Origin: Bacilli bacterium
GTDB lineage: Bacteria > Bacillota_I > Bacilli_A > RF39 > UBA660
Direction of reading: 5' to 3'
Assembly (NCBI GenBank): GCA_028694645.1
Contig: JAQVKM010000004.1
Location: 210 to 64,209 of the forward strand
DNA length: 64,000 bases
A program made the position numbers and the translations under genes. The notes under the pieces were generated by a model. That model had not been told where the DNA came from and did not search any database. It was given only the letters and a program-made list of their open reading frames with translations. Shown here in pieces: positions 40,827 to 53,471 of this stretch (positions are counted from its first letter, which is position 1; every line of letters begins with the position of its first letter).

Positions 40827-41477
40827 ATGATAAATAATAATTGGGATTTAGTACTGGAAAAACAATATGAAAAACCATATTTTAAAAATCTTTCAAAATT
40901 CATCAAAGATGAATATATTAATAAGACAATATATCCTAAATATTCAGAAATTTTTAATTCATTAAAATATACAGATTATGATTCAGTAAAAGTTGTAATT
41001 TTAGGACAAGATCCTTATCATGGTGAGAATGAAGCTAACGGGTTATCTTTTTCTGTAAAAAAAGAAGTTAAAACGCCACCATCACTTCGTAATATATTTA
41101 AAGAATTACAAAATGATTTAAATATTGAAAGAAAAAACCCAGATTTAATAGATTGGGCTAAGCAGGGAGTATTACTTTTAAACTCAATTATGACTGTTAT
41201 AAAAGATTGCCCTCTTTCCCACAAAAATAAAGGTTGGGAAATATTTACAGACATAATTATAAAAGAACTAAATGACAAAAAAACACCTGTTGTTTTTATA
41301 TTGTGGGGTAATTATGCAAAATCTAAAAAGAATTTGATTACTAATAAAAGACACTTTATTATAGAAAGTCCACATCCTTCTCCTTTTTCAGCAAATCGCG
41401 GTTTTTTTGGGAGTAGGCCTTTTTCTAGGACAAATGATTTTTTACAAAAGAATAATTTAGAAAAAATTAATTGGTAA
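40827..41477 (+). CDS. ung: Uracil-DNA glycosylase (family 1)
   Basis: Start moved to MINNNW (GGTGAT RBS). It has the water-activating motif GQDPYH and the HPSPFS leucine-loop region. Confidence 0.9.
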   Translation: MINNNWDLVLEKQYEKPYFKNLSKFIKDEYINKTIYPKYSEIFNSLKYTDYDSVKVVILGQDPYHGENEANGLSFSVKKEVKTPPSLRNIFKELQNDLNIERKNPDLIDWAKQGVLLLNSIMTVIKDCPLSHKNKGWEIFTDIIIKELNDKKTPVVFILWGNYAKSKKNLITNKRHFIIESPHPSPFSANRGFFGSRPFSRTNDFLQKNNLEKINW

Positions 41478-41543
41478 TATATACATAACGTTTAACTTGA
41501 TAATGTTTGACAATTATTATAGAATAGAAATAGAGGTGTTGGT

Positions 41544-42869
41544 ATGAACAAAGCTTATGAATATTTGATGAATGAGAATATTAAGTATGGAGATGTAGTA
41601 GTAGTAGCATGTAGTGGAGGACCAGATTCAATGGCTCTGCTTCATTTGATGTATATGATTAAAAAGGCAATAGATATAGAAGTCATTTGTGCACACGTAA
41701 ATCATAATACAGGAAGGCCAGGACAAAAAGAAGAACAAGAATTTGTAGAAAAATATTGCAGAAATCACAATTTGATTTTTGAAACAATGATAATAGAAGA
41801 TTATGGTGATGATAATTTTCATAATGAAGCAAGAAGTAAAAGATATAATTATTTTGGAAAATTAGTAAAAAAGTATAGTGCTAAATATCTTTTAACAGCT
41901 CATCATGGAGATGATTTAATAGAAACAATTTTAATGCGTATAGTAAGAGGTTCAACTCTAAGAGGATATAGCGGATTTTCAAAAGAAATTGAAATAGATG
42001 GATACAAAATATTACGTCCATTAATAGAAGTAACTAAAGAAGAAATATTAGAATATAATAAAAATAATAAAGTACCTTTTGAACAAGATATCTCTAATAC
42101 AAAAGATGTTTATACAAGAAATAGATTTAGAAAATATATTGTTCCAGAATTTAGAAAAGAAGATAAAAATGTTCATACCAAATTTTATAAATTTAGCAAA
42201 ACATTATTAGAATATAATAATTATATAGATAAACAAGTAGAAAAAATAATCCCAAAAGTTTATCCACAAAACATATTAAACATAGAAGAATTTATGAAAT
42301 TAGAAAATGTAATAGCAATGAAAGTAATATATTATATTTTAGAAAATATATATCAAGATGATTTAATGTTAATTACTGATCATCATGCAGAAATAATATA
42401 CAATTTAATAATATCAAAAAAACCAAATGTATATATATATTTACCTAACAATTTAAAAGCGATTAAAACATATAATAATTTAACTTTTGTTCAAGAAGAA
42501 ATAAAAGAAAAACAATATGAAATAGAAATAATTGATTATTTAAATTTGCCAAATGGAAAAAATATTGAAGTTTTAAAAATAAGTGATGAAACGGACAATA
42601 ATATATGTCGTTTAAGTAAAAATGATGTAAAATTTCCATTGCGAGTTAGAACAAGAATGAATGGGGATAAAATGTTTATTAAGGGCATGTTGGGTAGTAA
42701 AAAAGTAAATGATATATTTATTGATAATAAAATATCAACTAAAGAAAGAGACATGTGGCCAATCGTTGTCGATTCAGATAATGTCATCGTTTGGTTACCT
42801 GGTTTAAAAAAATCAAAATTTGATAAACAAAAAAATGATAAATGTGATATAATAATGAAATATTATTGA
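41544..42869 (+). CDS. tilS: tRNA(Ile)-lysidine synthetase
   Basis: 441 aa with PP-loop SGGPDS. Confidence 0.85.
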   Translation: MNKAYEYLMNENIKYGDVVVVACSGGPDSMALLHLMYMIKKAIDIEVICAHVNHNTGRPGQKEEQEFVEKYCRNHNLIFETMIIEDYGDDNFHNEARSKRYNYFGKLVKKYSAKYLLTAHHGDDLIETILMRIVRGSTLRGYSGFSKEIEIDGYKILRPLIEVTKEEILEYNKNNKVPFEQDISNTKDVYTRNRFRKYIVPEFRKEDKNVHTKFYKFSKTLLEYNNYIDKQVEKIIPKVYPQNILNIEEFMKLENVIAMKVIYYILENIYQDDLMLITDHHAEIIYNLIISKKPNVYIYLPNNLKAIKTYNNLTFVQEEIKEKQYEIEIIDYLNLPNGKNIEVLKISDETDNNICRLSKNDVKFPLRVRTRMNGDKMFIKGMLGSKKVNDIFIDNKISTKERDMWPIVVDSDNVIVWLPGLKKSKFDKQKNDKCDIIMKYY

Positions 42870-42884
42870 TGAAAGGAGTGTTTT

Positions 42885-44873
42885 ATGAATAAAAAAACAA
42901 TCAAAAAAGGAATGATACCTTATATAGCAATGTTCATTTTCATGTTGGTAATACTATATTTTTTAAGTTTTACTGGTAGAAAAATAAATTATCTAACATA
43001 TGATGAGTTTCTAAAAGAGATAGAAGATTCAAATGTTGAGGAAATTTTGATAACACCATTGTCAAATGCAGGTATATATGAAATAAAAGGAACTTTGAAA
43101 AGTTATGATGATAAAGAGTCATTTTATTTAAAAGCTCCATTAGCTGAAGGAGTTATGAATCAAATATTAGATGGCGAGGCTAAATATGATTTTATTGTAA
43201 AAACAGAAGCAGATCCTGCATCTAGTACATTTTTGTTATTTGTAATAAATGTTTTACCAATAGTTATATTAATTGGCTTCGGATTTTTCTTAATTTCAAG
43301 ACAAATGGGTAGCGCAAACAAATCAATGGATTTTGGAAAAAGTAGAGCTAAGCTTAATGAAGATACAAAAAAAGTAACATTTAAAAATGTAGCAGGATTA
43401 GATGAAGAAAAAGAAGAAGTAAATGAATTAATAGACTTTTTAAAAAATCCTAAAAAATTTCAAAAATTAGGAGCTAGAATACCAAAAGGAGTTTTACTAG
43501 TTGGACCTCCAGGAACGGGAAAAACATTATTAGCTCGTGCAGTAGCAGGAGAAGCAAATGTACCATTTTATTACATAAGCGGATCTGACTTTGTTGAATT
43601 ATTTGTTGGAGTTGGAGCTAGTCGTGTTAGAGACATGTTTAAACAAGCTAAACATAATGCGCCATGTTTAATTTTTATAGATGAAATAGATGCTGTTGGG
43701 AGACAACGTGGAGCTGGGTTAGGCGGAGGACATGATGAAAGAGAACAAACATTAAATCAATTATTAACTGAAATGGATGGTTTTGGAGCAAATGAGGGTA
43801 TTATTATAATAGCAGCAACAAATAGACCAGATGTTTTAGATCCAGCGTTACTTAGACCAGGAAGATTTGATAGACAGGTTACAGTTAATTTGCCTGATAT
43901 AAAAGGAAGAGAAGAAATATTAGAAGTTCATGCTAAAAATAAAATATTTACGAAAAATATTAAATTATCCAACATTGCAAAAAGAACAGTTGGATTTAGC
44001 GGAGCAGATTTAGAAAATCTGTTAAATGAAGCTGCTTTATTAGCCGTGAGAAGAAATAAAAATGCTATTACAATGGCAGAAATAGATGAAGCTCATGACA
44101 GAGTATTAATGGGGCCAGCAAAAATAAGTCATAAATATACCGAAAAAGAAAAACGTGTTGTTGCATATCATGAAGCAGGGCATGCAGTATTGGGGCTTAA
44201 ATTAGATGGAGCAAACGAAGTTCAAAAAATAACAATTATTCCAAGAGGCTCTGCTGGTGGCTATAATTTAATGCTTCCAAAAGAAGAAACTTATCTTTCT
44301 ACAAAAACAGAATTATTAGATATGATTAGTGGATTATTAGGTGGTAGAGTTGCTGAAGAAGTAGTATTTAACGAGGTAACAACAGGAGCACATAATGACT
44401 TTGAAAAAGCAACAAAAATAGCTCGTGCAATGGTAACTGAGTATGGTATGAGTGATTTGGGTCCAGTACAATTTGAACATCAAGAATCTAGCGTATTTCT
44501 GGGAAGAGATTATAATAAAAGTAGAAACTTCTCTGGCCAAGTTGCTTTTGAAATAGATCAAGAACAAAGAAAAATAATTAATGAATGTTATGAAATAACA
44601 AGAAAAATTATAACTGAAAATAGAGAGTTACTTGATTTGATAGCTGATACTTTATTAAAACATGAAACTATAACAAAAGAACAAATAGAATATTTAGTTG
44701 AAAATAAATGTTTACCAGAAGAAGATGGAGAAATAGATTATAGTGAATTTCAAGAAGCAAGTTTAGAAGATTTATCTTTAAATGAATTAAAAGATTTAGC
44801 TAAAGAAAAAGATATCAAAAATTATTCTAAAATGACAAAAGAAGAATTAAAACAAAAATTAGAAGAAAAATAG
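42885..44873 (+). CDS. ftsH: ATP-dependent zinc metalloprotease FtsH
   Basis: 662 aa with two TM helices, AAA+ Walker A (GPPGTGKT), SRH and a zinc site HEAGH. Confidence 0.97.
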   Translation: MNKKTIKKGMIPYIAMFIFMLVILYFLSFTGRKINYLTYDEFLKEIEDSNVEEILITPLSNAGIYEIKGTLKSYDDKESFYLKAPLAEGVMNQILDGEAKYDFIVKTEADPASSTFLLFVINVLPIVILIGFGFFLISRQMGSANKSMDFGKSRAKLNEDTKKVTFKNVAGLDEEKEEVNELIDFLKNPKKFQKLGARIPKGVLLVGPPGTGKTLLARAVAGEANVPFYYISGSDFVELFVGVGASRVRDMFKQAKHNAPCLIFIDEIDAVGRQRGAGLGGGHDEREQTLNQLLTEMDGFGANEGIIIIAATNRPDVLDPALLRPGRFDRQVTVNLPDIKGREEILEVHAKNKIFTKNIKLSNIAKRTVGFSGADLENLLNEAALLAVRRNKNAITMAEIDEAHDRVLMGPAKISHKYTEKEKRVVAYHEAGHAVLGLKLDGANEVQKITIIPRGSAGGYNLMLPKEETYLSTKTELLDMISGLLGGRVAEEVVFNEVTTGAHNDFEKATKIARAMVTEYGMSDLGPVQFEHQESSVFLGRDYNKSRNFSGQVAFEIDQEQRKIINECYEITRKIITENRELLDLIADTLLKHETITKEQIEYLVENKCLPEEDGEIDYSEFQEASLEDLSLNELKDLAKEKDIKNYSKMTKEELKQKLEEK

Positions 44874-44919
44874 TCTTCTAATTTTTTAATAAGTTAACAA
44901 AAAAAATATAAAAAGAAAT

Positions 44920-45092
44920 AAAAAATGCTTGATTTTTATATTATTATGTTGTATAATTTTGAATGTGTGGCACGCATTGATGTGTGAGGTTGCTGATACG
45001 CCAGGTTAAGTTGTTATACAAATTAAAATGAAATATCAGGTTTTTACACGGAGCGAGTCTATACTGTGATATAGGCGAAGGGAGGAAAAATA
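44920..45092 (+). promoter_or_regulatory. S10 operon promoter and GC-enriched 5' leader (possible autoregulatory structure)
   Basis: -35 TTGATT ... -10 TGTATAAT, followed by about 130 nt of unusually GC-rich leader (GTGTGGCACGCATTGATGTGTGAGGTTGCTGATACGCCAGG...) before the rpsJ RBS GGGAGG. Confidence 0.35.
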
Positions 45093-45401
45093 ATGTCAAA
45101 ACAAAAAATTAGTATCAGATTGAAAGCTTTTGAACATAAAAGTTTAGATAATGCTTGTGCTAAAATAGTTGAAACTGTTAAAAGAACAGGTGGAGAAGTA
45201 AGTGGACCAGTTCCATTACCAACCGAAATTGAAAAAATAACTATTTTAAGAGCAGTACATAAATATAAAGATTCAAGAGAACAATTTGAAAAAAGAACAC
45301 ACAAAAGACTTATAGTTATTAACAATCCAACAAAGGAAGCTATAGAGGCATTGACTCATTTAGAAATTCCAAGTGGTGTTGATATCCAAATTAAGTTATA
45401 A
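45093..45401 (+). CDS. rpsJ: 30S ribosomal protein S10
   Basis: 102 aa; canonical S10 sequence. Confidence 0.95.
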   Translation: MSKQKISIRLKAFEHKSLDNACAKIVETVKRTGGEVSGPVPLPTEIEKITILRAVHKYKDSREQFEKRTHKRLIVINNPTKEAIEALTHLEIPSGVDIQIKL

Positions 45402-45415
45402 CAAGGAGGAAAAAT

Positions 45416-46150
45416 ATGAAAAAAGGAATCTTAGGTCGTAAATTAGGAATGACTCAAGTATTTACAAAATCAGGAAAATTGATTCCAGTAACTGTTGTTG
45501 AAGTTGAACCAAATGTGGTAACACAAATTAAAACAAGAGAAACAGATGGTTACGAAGCAATTCAATTAGGTTTTGATACAAAGAGAGAAAAGTTAGCGAC
45601 AAAAGCTTCTGTTGGAATTACCAACAAAGCAAACACTACACCTAAGCGCTTCTTTAAGGAAATTAGAGGTGTAGATGTTAACAATTATTCATTAGGGCAA
45701 GTTGTCAGTGCTGATATATTTGAACAAGGAGAAGTTGTTGATGTTACAGGAACAAGCAAAGGAAAAGGTTTCCAAGGTGTTATTAAACGTCATGGACAAA
45801 GCCGTGGACCTATGGGACATGGATCTCACTATCATAGAGGACCAGGTTCAATGGGAACAATGAGACCAATGCGTGTTTTTAAAGGTAAAAATTTACCAGG
45901 ACATATGGGTGCGTTAACTGTTACAATTCAAAATCTTGAAATTGTTATGGTTGATGTTGAAAATAATGTGATTTTAGTTAAAGGAAATATACCAGGAGCA
46001 AAAAAATCTTTAGTGATTATTGAAACTGCAGTTAAAAAACCAAATATGGTAAAAGAAACTGAAGAATTAAATAATTATTTAATTAAAGAAGAAGTTACTG
46101 AATCCCAAGTAGAAAGTGAAACTACTGAAGAAGTAGAAGTTTCAGAATAG
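45416..46150 (+). CDS. rplC: 50S ribosomal protein L3 (with acidic C-terminal tail of about 35 aa)
   Basis: 244 aa. Core is L3; the C-terminal [31 protein letters not shown] extension goes beyond the usual length of about 209 aa. Confidence 0.9.
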   Translation: MKKGILGRKLGMTQVFTKSGKLIPVTVVEVEPNVVTQIKTRETDGYEAIQLGFDTKREKLATKASVGITNKANTTPKRFFKEIRGVDVNNYSLGQVVSADIFEQGEVVDVTGTSKGKGFQGVIKRHGQSRGPMGHGSHYHRGPGSMGTMRPMRVFKGKNLPGHMGALTVTIQNLEIVMVDVENNVILVKGNIPGAKKSLVIIETAVKKPNMVKETEELNNYLIKEEVTESQVESETTEEVEVSE

Positions 46151-46161
46151 GAGGCACAAAA

Positions 46162-46785
46162 ATGAAAAAAATGTCTGTTATTAACCTTAAAGGTGAAAAA
46201 GTAAATGATATTACTTTAAATGAAACAATTTGGGAAATCGTTCCAAACGATGCAGTATTATATGACGCAATCACATTAGCGAGAAACTCACAAAGACAAG
46301 GAACACATGAAACAAAAACTCGTAGCGAAGTAAGCGGTGGTGGAAGAAAACCATGGAAACAAAAAGGAACAGGACGCGCTAGACAAGGTAGTATCCGTTC
46401 TCCACAATGGTATCATGGTGGTGTTGTGTTTGGACCACACGTAAGAAGCTACGGCAAAAAAATGAATCGTAAAGAAAGACGTTTAGCTTTAAAATCAGCT
46501 TTAGCTTATAAAGCAATTAACAGTGAATTGATAATTGTTGAAAACTTTACTTTAGCTACTGCTAAAACAAAAGAAGTATTAAACATCTTAAATGGTTTAA
46601 ATTTAAACAAAAATATATTAATAGTAGTAAATGAATTAGAAGATAACATGATCTTGGCTACTCGTAACCTAGAAAATGTAACTTTACTTCAAGCAAACGA
46701 AATTAACGTATTAGACGTAATTGCTGCAGACAGTATGATTATTACTACTGAAGCAATCAAATCAATTGAGGAGGTGCTTGTATAG
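46162..46785 (+). CDS. rplD: 50S ribosomal protein L4
   Basis: 207 aa. Confidence 0.95.
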   Translation: MKKMSVINLKGEKVNDITLNETIWEIVPNDAVLYDAITLARNSQRQGTHETKTRSEVSGGGRKPWKQKGTGRARQGSIRSPQWYHGGVVFGPHVRSYGKKMNRKERRLALKSALAYKAINSELIIVENFTLATAKTKEVLNILNGLNLNKNILIVVNELEDNMILATRNLENVTLLQANEINVLDVIAADSMIITTEAIKSIEEVLV

Positions 46786-46786
46786 T

Positions 46787-47065
46787 ATGAATAACTATAG
46801 AGATATAATTAAAGCGCCAATTATTACAGAAAAAAGTTCAGCTTTAGCAGCAAACAATGTAATTACTTTCAGTGTTGATACTAAAGCTAACAAAACTCAA
46901 ATAAAACAAGCAATAGAAAAAATATTTGATGTTAAGGTTGAAAGCGTTAATACAATTAATGTAAAACCTAGAAAAAAAAGAGTTGGCCGTTACGTAGGTA
47001 AAACTAATAAAGTAAAAAAAGCAATTGTTAAATTAAAAGAAGGAAGTTCAATTGAACTTAACTAA
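46787..47065 (+). CDS. rplW: 50S ribosomal protein L23
   Basis: Start moved to [17 protein letters not shown] (GAGGAGGTG RBS). Confidence 0.9.
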   Translation: MNNYRDIIKAPIITEKSSALAANNVITFSVDTKANKTQIKQAIEKIFDVKVESVNTINVKPRKKRVGRYVGKTNKVKKAIVKLKEGSSIELN

Positions 47066-47080
47066 TGAGGAGGGTATATA

Positions 47081-47911
47081 ATGGCTATAAAAAATTATAA
47101 ACCAATGACTAATGGAACTCGTGGAATGTCTACTTTAGTTAATGAAGAGATAACTACAGATACACCAGAAAAATCATTATTAGTAACACTAAATAAAAAA
47201 GGTGGACGTAATAATCAAGGTAAGATAACTGTTAGACACCAAGGTGGTGGAGCAAAAAGAAAATACCGTATTATTGATTTTAAAAGAGATAAAGACGGAG
47301 TTTCTGGAACAGTAGCTACTATTGAATACGATCCAAACAGAACTGCTAACATTGCTTTAATAAAATATGTAGATGGTGAAAAAAGATACATCATTGCTCC
47401 AAAAGGATTAAAAGTTGGAGATAAAATTGAAAGTGGAGAAAATGCTGATATTAAAATCGGTAATGCCTTACCACTTGAAAAAATACCTGAAGGAACAACA
47501 GTTCATAATATTGAATTGAAAGCCGGAAAAGGTGCTAGTATGGCTCGTTCAGCCGGAGCAAGTGCTCAAATTTTAGGACGTGAAGGAAAATATACATTAC
47601 TTCGTTTAACAAGTGGTGAAGTAAGAAAAGTATTAAGCGTTTGTAAAGCAACAATTGGTGAAGTAGGAAACGCTGATCATGAACTTGTAAAAGTTGGTAA
47701 AGCTGGTCGTAAAAGACATATGGGTATTAGACCTACTGTTCGTGGATCTGTTATGAATCCTAACGATCACCCACATGGTGGTGGTGAAGGTAGAGCTCCA
47801 ATCGGACGTAAAGGACCTGTTACTCCATGGGGAAAACCAGCATTAGGTTATAAGACACGTAGCAAGAAAAAAGCTTCAGACAAGTTAATTGTTCGTCGTC
47901 GTAAAAAATAA
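47081..47911 (+). CDS. rplB: 50S ribosomal protein L2
   Basis: 276 aa. Confidence 0.97.
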   Translation: MAIKNYKPMTNGTRGMSTLVNEEITTDTPEKSLLVTLNKKGGRNNQGKITVRHQGGGAKRKYRIIDFKRDKDGVSGTVATIEYDPNRTANIALIKYVDGEKRYIIAPKGLKVGDKIESGENADIKIGNALPLEKIPEGTTVHNIELKAGKGASMARSAGASAQILGREGKYTLLRLTSGEVRKVLSVCKATIGEVGNADHELVKVGKAGRKRHMGIRPTVRGSVMNPNDHPHGGGEGRAPIGRKGPVTPWGKPALGYKTRSKKKASDKLIVRRRKK

Positions 47912-47928
47912 AAGAAAGGATGATTTAA

Positions 47929-48201
47929 ATGGCTAGAAGTTTAAAAAAAGGACCTTTTATAGATAAACATTTAATGGATAAGGTTCAAAAAGTTAATGAA
48001 TCTGGAAAAAAAGAAGTTATAAAGACTTGGTCTCGCCGTTCAACAATTTATCCTGAATTTATTGGCCACACATTTGCTGTTCATAATGGTAAAGAATTTA
48101 TTCCTGTTTATGTAACAGAAGATATGGTTGGACATAAATTAGGAGAATTCTCACCAACACGTAAATTTGGTGGACATGGCGCTGACAAAAATAAAAAATA
48201 G
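47929..48201 (+). CDS. rpsS: 30S ribosomal protein S19
   Basis: 90 aa. Confidence 0.95.
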   Translation: MARSLKKGPFIDKHLMDKVQKVNESGKKEVIKTWSRRSTIYPEFIGHTFAVHNGKEFIPVYVTEDMVGHKLGEFSPTRKFGGHGADKNKK

Positions 48202-48225
48202 TTAATACCAGGAAGGAGGACTAAA

Positions 48226-48564
48226 ATGGAAGCACAAGCGAAAGCATTAGGACTTAGAATTGCTCCTCGTAAAGCTCGTTTAGTTATAGATTTAATACGT
48301 GGTAAAAACGTAGTTGAAGCAGATATTATTTTAAACAATATCAATAGAGAAGCTGCAAGATTAAGTAGAAAAGTTTTAACTTCAGCAGTTGCAAATGCAG
48401 AAAACAACTTAAATTTATCAAAAGAAAATTTATATGTTAAAGAAGCATATGTAAATGAAGGACAAACAATGAAAAGAATGAGATTTGGATCACGTGGATA
48501 TATAGATCCAATCAAAAAAAGAACAAGTCATATAACAATAGTTGTTAGTGACGAAAATAGATAA
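48226..48564 (+). CDS. rplV: 50S ribosomal protein L22
   Basis: 112 aa. Confidence 0.95.
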   Translation: MEAQAKALGLRIAPRKARLVIDLIRGKNVVEADIILNNINREAARLSRKVLTSAVANAENNLNLSKENLYVKEAYVNEGQTMKRMRFGSRGYIDPIKKRTSHITIVVSDENR

Positions 48565-48576
48565 AGGAGGTAACTG

Positions 48577-49254
48577 ATGGGTCAAAAGGTTAATCCAGTT
48601 GGACTTAGAATTGGAATCAATAAAACTTGGGAATCAAAATGGTATGCAGAAAAAAAAGATTTTGCTAGATTCTTAAACAACGATGTTAAAATCCGTAAAT
48701 TTTTAGAAAAAAAATTAAAAGACGCAGCAGTTTCAAGCATTCTTATTGAAAGAAACGCTAGTAAAACAGAAGTTACTATTAACACTGCTAAACCTGGTGT
48801 AGTAATAGGACATAGCGGCGAAGAAATAGAAAAATTAAAAAAAGAATTATCAAAATTAGTTAATGAAAATGTACAAATTTCTATTAAAGAAATTAAAAAT
48901 CCTGATGTTGATGCAGCATTAGTTGCAGAAAACATTGCTCATCAAATAGAAAATAGAGTTTCATTTAGAATTGCTCAAAAAAGAGCTATTAGAAATGCAA
49001 TGAAATCAGGAGTTAAAGGAATTAAAACAGCTGTTTCAGGACGCTTAGGCGGTGCTGACATGGCGAGAACAGAAGGTTATTCTGAAGGAAACACTCCTCT
49101 TCATACTTTAAGAGCAGATATAGATTATGCTAAAAAAGAAGCTAATACTACTTATGGTAAAATTGGTGTAAAAGTATGGATTTATAAAGGTGAAATCCTT
49201 GCCTCAAAGGAAAAGGGAGGTAATAGTTATGGCACTAATACCAAAAAGAACTAA
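48577..49254 (+). CDS. rpsC: 30S ribosomal protein S3
   Basis: 225 aa with KH domain. Confidence 0.95.
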   Translation: MGQKVNPVGLRIGINKTWESKWYAEKKDFARFLNNDVKIRKFLEKKLKDAAVSSILIERNASKTEVTINTAKPGVVIGHSGEEIEKLKKELSKLVNENVQISIKEIKNPDVDAALVAENIAHQIENRVSFRIAQKRAIRNAMKSGVKGIKTAVSGRLGGADMARTEGYSEGNTPLHTLRADIDYAKKEANTTYGKIGVKVWIYKGEILASKEKGGNSYGTNTKKN

Positions 49255-49654
49255 ATATAGAAGACCACATAGATTACGTTATGACGGTGAAGCAAAAGGT
49301 AATACTGAATTACATTTTGGTACATATGGTCTAATGGCATTAGAAGGAGCTTGGGTTACTCAACAACAAATAGAAGCTGCTCGTATTGCTATGACACGTT
49401 ATATGAAACGTGGTGGAAAAGTTTGGATAAACATTTTCCCACATTTATCATTAACTAAAATACCTTTAGAAACTCGTATGGGTAAAGGTAAAGGACAACC
49501 AGAGGTTTGGGTTGCTGTAGTAAAAAAAGGAAAAATTATGTTTGAAATAGCAGGAGTAGATGAAACTGTTGCAAGAGAAGCATTAAGACTTGCAATGCAT
49601 AAACTTCCAATCAAATGTAAATTTGTTAAAAAAGAAAGTGGTGACGAAGCGTGA
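49229..49654 (+). CDS. rplP: 50S ribosomal protein L16
   Basis: Start moved to [12 protein letters not shown] (GGGAGGT RBS). Overlaps the rpsC 3' end. Confidence 0.9.
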   Translation: MALIPKRTKYRRPHRLRYDGEAKGNTELHFGTYGLMALEGAWVTQQQIEAARIAMTRYMKRGGKVWINIFPHLSLTKIPLETRMGKGKGQPEVWVAVVKKGKIMFEIAGVDETVAREALRLAMHKLPIKCKFVKKESGDEA

Positions 49655-49857
49655 AAAATAGTGAAATAAGATCATTAACAAATGAAGAAATCACAAAAAA
49701 AATAGAAGAATACAAAGAAGAATTATTCAATTTACGTTTTAGTCAAGCTACTGGTAATTTAGAAAAACCAGCACGTATTACTGAACTTAGAAAATTAGTT
49801 GCACGTATGAAAACGATTTTACGTGAACGTGAATTAGAAATTAAGGAGGGTAATTAA
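49651..49857 (+). CDS. rpmC: 50S ribosomal protein L29
   Basis: 68 aa. GTG start overlaps the rplP TGA stop (GTGA). Confidence 0.9.
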   Translation: MKNSEIRSLTNEEITKKIEEYKEELFNLRFSQATGNLEKPARITELRKLVARMKTILRERELEIKEGN

Positions 49858-50114
49858 TGGAAACTAGAAAAAGAGAATTAGTTGGAAAAGTTGTAAGCGA
49901 TAAAACAGATAAAACAATTATTGTTAATGTTGAAACTTACAAAGACCATCCATTATATAAAAAGCGTGTTAAATATTCTAAAAAATATGCTGCTCATGAT
50001 GAAAAAAATGAAGCAAAAATCGGAGATACAGTACGTATTGTTGAAACTAGACCACTATCTAGAACAAAACGTTTCCGTTTAGTAGAAATTGTAGAAAAAG
50101 CAATTATCTTATAA
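49857..50114 (+). CDS. rpsQ: 30S ribosomal protein S17
   Basis: 85 aa. Confidence 0.95.
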   Translation: METRKRELVGKVVSDKTDKTIIVNVETYKDHPLYKKRVKYSKKYAAHDEKNEAKIGDTVRIVETRPLSRTKRFRLVEIVEKAIIL

Positions 50115-50139
50115 TTGAAACTGGAAGGAGGATCAATAT

Positions 50140-50508
50140 ATGATTCAACAAGAAAGCCGTTTAAAAGTAGCTGACAACTCTGGAGCACGTGAAGTTAGTG
50201 TAATTCGTGTTCTTGGTGGAAGTAAAGTTAAAACAGGTAATATTGGAGATATAGTTGTTGCAACTGTTAAAAAAGCAACGCCTAACGGTACAGTTCCAAA
50301 AGGTAAAGTAGTTAAAGCTGTAGTTGTTAGAAGCAAATTTGGTCTAAGAAGAGAAGATGGGTCTTATATTAAATTCGATGATAATGCATGTGTAATTATT
50401 AAAGATGATAAGAGTCCAGTAGGAACTCGTATATTTGGACCAGTAGCACGTGAATTACGTGACCAAGATTTTATGAAAATTGTATCGCTTGCAAAAGAAG
50501 TATTATAA
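50140..50508 (+). CDS. rplN: 50S ribosomal protein L14
   Basis: 122 aa. Confidence 0.97.
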   Translation: MIQQESRLKVADNSGAREVSVIRVLGGSKVKTGNIGDIVVATVKKATPNGTVPKGKVVKAVVVRSKFGLRREDGSYIKFDDNACVIIKDDKSPVGTRIFGPVARELRDQDFMKIVSLAKEVL

Positions 50509-50529
50509 TTTTCAAAAGGGAGGAAAAGT

Positions 50530-50838
50530 ATGAACTTTAAAACTGGAGACAAAGTAGTTGTTATATCTGGTAAAGATAAAGGTAAAGAAGGTAAAATTAC
50601 TAAAACACTTCGTGCTGAAAACAAAGTTATCGTTGAAGGAATAAATGTTATTAAAAAACATGTTAAACCAAACGGTCAAGCACAAGGAAGTATAGTTGAA
50701 ATGGAAGCACCAATACATGCTTCTAATGTAATGATTATCGATCCTAAAACAAAAAAAGCAACAAGAATTGGACATGAAATAGATAAAAAAGGTAAAAAGA
50801 TTAGAGTGACTAAAAAGTCAAATTCTAACCTTGACTAA
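50530..50838 (+). CDS. rplX: 50S ribosomal protein L24
   Basis: 102 aa with KOW motif. Confidence 0.95.
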   Translation: MNFKTGDKVVVISGKDKGKEGKITKTLRAENKVIVEGINVIKKHVKPNGQAQGSIVEMEAPIHASNVMIIDPKTKKATRIGHEIDKKGKKIRVTKKSNSNLD

Positions 50839-50858
50839 TTGGAAGGAGGGTATTGATT

Positions 50859-51398
50859 ATGAACCGCCTAAAAGAAAAATATATAAATGAAATCGTACCA
50901 AGTTTAAAAGAAGAGTTTAAATATTCAAATGTAAGTGAAGTTCCAAAATTATCAAAAATAGTTATTAATATTGGATGTGGTGATGCCACTACAAATAGTA
51001 AATTATTAGATGCTGCAATGGCAGATTTGGAATTAATTTCTGGACAAAAACCAGTGGCTACAAAATCAAAAAAAGCAATAGCTGGATTTAAATTAAGAGA
51101 AGGACAACCAATCGGATGTAAAGTTACATTACGTGGAGAAAATATGTATAACTTTTTAGATAAATTAGTTAGTGTTACATTACCACGTGTAAGAGACTTT
51201 AGAGGTGTTTCTTCAAAATCTTTTGATGGAAGAGGAAATTACACATTAGGACTTACTGAACAATTAATTTTTACAGAAATTGAATATGACAACGTTGTTA
51301 AAGTACGTGGAATGGATATTGTATTTGTTACAACAGCAAACACAAATCAAGAAGCGACAGCACTTTTAAAAGGATTCGGTATGCCATTTAAAAAGTAA
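50859..51398 (+). CDS. rplE: 50S ribosomal protein L5
   Basis: Start moved to MNRLKEKY (GGAGGG RBS). Confidence 0.95.
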   Translation: MNRLKEKYINEIVPSLKEEFKYSNVSEVPKLSKIVINIGCGDATTNSKLLDAAMADLELISGQKPVATKSKKAIAGFKLREGQPIGCKVTLRGENMYNFLDKLVSVTLPRVRDFRGVSSKSFDGRGNYTLGLTEQLIFTEIEYDNVVKVRGMDIVFVTTANTNQEATALLKGFGMPFKK

Positions 51399-51417
51399 CT
51401 ATAATTAGGAGGAAAAT

Positions 51418-51603
51418 ATGGCTAAAAAAAGTATGATTGTAAAACAATCAAGAAAACCAAAATTCAAAGTGCGTGAATATACTCGTTGTGAAAGATGTGG
51501 TAGACCTCACGCTGTATTAAAAAAATATGGAATTTGTCGTATTTGCTTTAGAGAATTAGCTTATAAAGGACAAATACCAGGTGTTAAAAAATCTAGTTGG
51601 TAA
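51418..51603 (+). CDS. rpsN: 30S ribosomal protein S14 type Z (zinc-binding, 61 aa)
   Basis: CERCGRPH...CRIC zinc ribbon; short type-Z form. Confidence 0.95.
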   Translation: MAKKSMIVKQSRKPKFKVREYTRCERCGRPHAVLKKYGICRICFRELAYKGQIPGVKKSSW

Positions 51604-51622
51604 TTAGAGAAGGAGGGATTGT

Positions 51623-52015
51623 ATGACAGATCCAATTGCAGATATGCTTACGAGAATTCGTAATGCTAACGTAATGCGATATAAAGAAGTTGAAGTACCC
51701 GCTTCAAAAATTAAAGTTGAAATTGCTAGAATCTTAAAAGAAGAAGGATTTATAAGTGATTACAAAATTAAAAAAAATAATGTACAAAATATAATAGTAC
51801 TAAGCTTAAAATATGGTCAAAATAAAGAACGTGTAATAACTGGATTAAAAAGAATTTCAAAACCAGGATTACGTGTTTATGCACAAGCTAGTGAACTTCC
51901 AAAAGTATTAAATGGACTTGGAATAGCATTAGTTTCAACATCTAAAGGATTAATGACAGCAAAAGATGCTAAAAAACAATCTTTAGGTGGAGAAGTTTTA
52001 GCTTATGTATGGTAG
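51623..52015 (+). CDS. rpsH: 30S ribosomal protein S8
   Basis: 130 aa. Confidence 0.95.
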   Translation: MTDPIADMLTRIRNANVMRYKEVEVPASKIKVEIARILKEEGFISDYKIKKNNVQNIIVLSLKYGQNKERVITGLKRISKPGLRVYAQASELPKVLNGLGIALVSTSKGLMTAKDAKKQSLGGEVLAYVW

Positions 52016-52033
52016 AAAGTAAGGAGGATTAAT

Positions 52034-52564
52034 ATGAGTCGTATTGGTAAAAGAATTTTAACAGTACCTGAAAATGTTACAATAACTGTTAACGGAACAT
52101 GCGTTACAGTAAAAGGTCCTAAAGGTGAACTTTCTACTGAAATTAACAGAAATATTACAGTAACAGTTGAAAATAATGAAGTTACAGTTGAAAGAAAAAA
52201 CGATAACTTTAAAAACTTTCATGGAACTGCAAATGCAAATATCAACAACATGATTATTGGTGTAACAGAAGGATATGCAAAAGGTTTAGAAGCTGTAGGA
52301 GTTGGATACCGTTTTAATGTTTCAGGAGAAAAAATAACAGTAAGTGCTGGATATTCTCATCCTGTAATTGTTGAAATACCATCTGAATTAACAGTTGAAC
52401 AAATCAGTAACACAGAAATAGTTATTAAAGGTATTGATAAATGCCAAGTTGGTGAATTCGCTGCTAACATTAGAAAAATAAGAAAACCAGAACCATATAA
52501 AGGTAAAGGAATTCGTTATAAAGGTGAAGTAGTTCTTCGTAAAGAAGGAAAGAAAGCAGCTTAA
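52034..52564 (+). CDS. rplF: 50S ribosomal protein L6
   Basis: 176 aa. Confidence 0.95.
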   Translation: MSRIGKRILTVPENVTITVNGTCVTVKGPKGELSTEINRNITVTVENNEVTVERKNDNFKNFHGTANANINNMIIGVTEGYAKGLEAVGVGYRFNVSGEKITVSAGYSHPVIVEIPSELTVEQISNTEIVIKGIDKCQVGEFAANIRKIRKPEPYKGKGIRYKGEVVLRKEGKKAA

Positions 52565-52589
52565 TTTTTAAGTAAAGGAGAGTAATACT

Positions 52590-52952
52590 ATGATTAATAA
52601 AGTAGCTCGTAATGAAGTACGTAAATCTAGACATGCTCGTGTTAGAGCTAAAATAAGTGGTACAGAAAGTACTCCTAGATTAAATGTATTTAGATCAAAC
52701 AGTAATATTTTTGCACAAATCATTGACGATGTGAAAGGAATTACTTTAGTAAGTGCTTCATCAATTGATAAAGATTTAAAATTATCAAATGGTAGCAATA
52801 CTGAAGCTGCAACAAAAGTTGGTGAATTATTAGCAAAAAGAGCTAAAGAAGCAAAAATTAAAAAAGTAATCTTTGATAGAGGTGGATACCTATATCATGG
52901 ACGTGTAAAAGCTTTAGCTGAAGCAGCACGTGAAAATGGATTAGAATTCTAA
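52590..52952 (+). CDS. rplR: 50S ribosomal protein L18
   Basis: 120 aa. Confidence 0.95.
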   Translation: MINKVARNEVRKSRHARVRAKISGTESTPRLNVFRSNSNIFAQIIDDVKGITLVSASSIDKDLKLSNGSNTEAATKVGELLAKRAKEAKIKKVIFDRGGYLYHGRVKALAEAARENGLEF

Positions 52953-52967
52953 AAAGGAGGGTAATTA

Positions 52968-53471
52968 ATGGAAACTAGAAAAAGAGAACCACGCCCAAAA
53001 CAATATGAAGAACAAGTAATCAATATTGGTAGAGTAACAAAAGTTACTAAAGGTGGTCGTCATTTCCGTTTCTCAGCAACAGTAGTTGTTGGAGATAGAA
53101 AAGGTAAAGTTGGTCTAGGTACTGGAAAAGCAAATGAAGTACCAGATGCAATTAAAAAGGCTGTTCAAGCAGCAACAAAAAACGTTATCAAAATTTCATT
53201 AGTTGATGAAAGAACAATTCCACATGAAGCAATCGGTGTTAGAGGAGCAAGTAAAGTTATGTTAAAACCTGCTGCAGAAGGAACAGGAGTTAAAGCTGGA
53301 GGACCAGTTAGAGCTGTAGTTGAATTAGCAGGAGTTAAAGACATTTTATCAAAATCACTTGGTTCAAATACAAAAATTAATATGGCATATGCAACATTAG
53401 AAGCACTTAAATCTCAAAGAACTATTGAAGAAGTTGCAAAACTTCGTGGTAAGAAAGTAGAGGAAATCTAA
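52968..53471 (+). CDS. rpsE: 30S ribosomal protein S5
   Basis: 167 aa. Its stop overlaps the rplO start (TAATG), leaving no room for an rpmD (L30) gene. Confidence 0.95.
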   Translation: METRKREPRPKQYEEQVINIGRVTKVTKGGRHFRFSATVVVGDRKGKVGLGTGKANEVPDAIKKAVQAATKNVIKISLVDERTIPHEAIGVRGASKVMLKPAAEGTGVKAGGPVRAVVELAGVKDILSKSLGSNTKINMAYATLEALKSQRTIEEVAKLRGKKVEEI

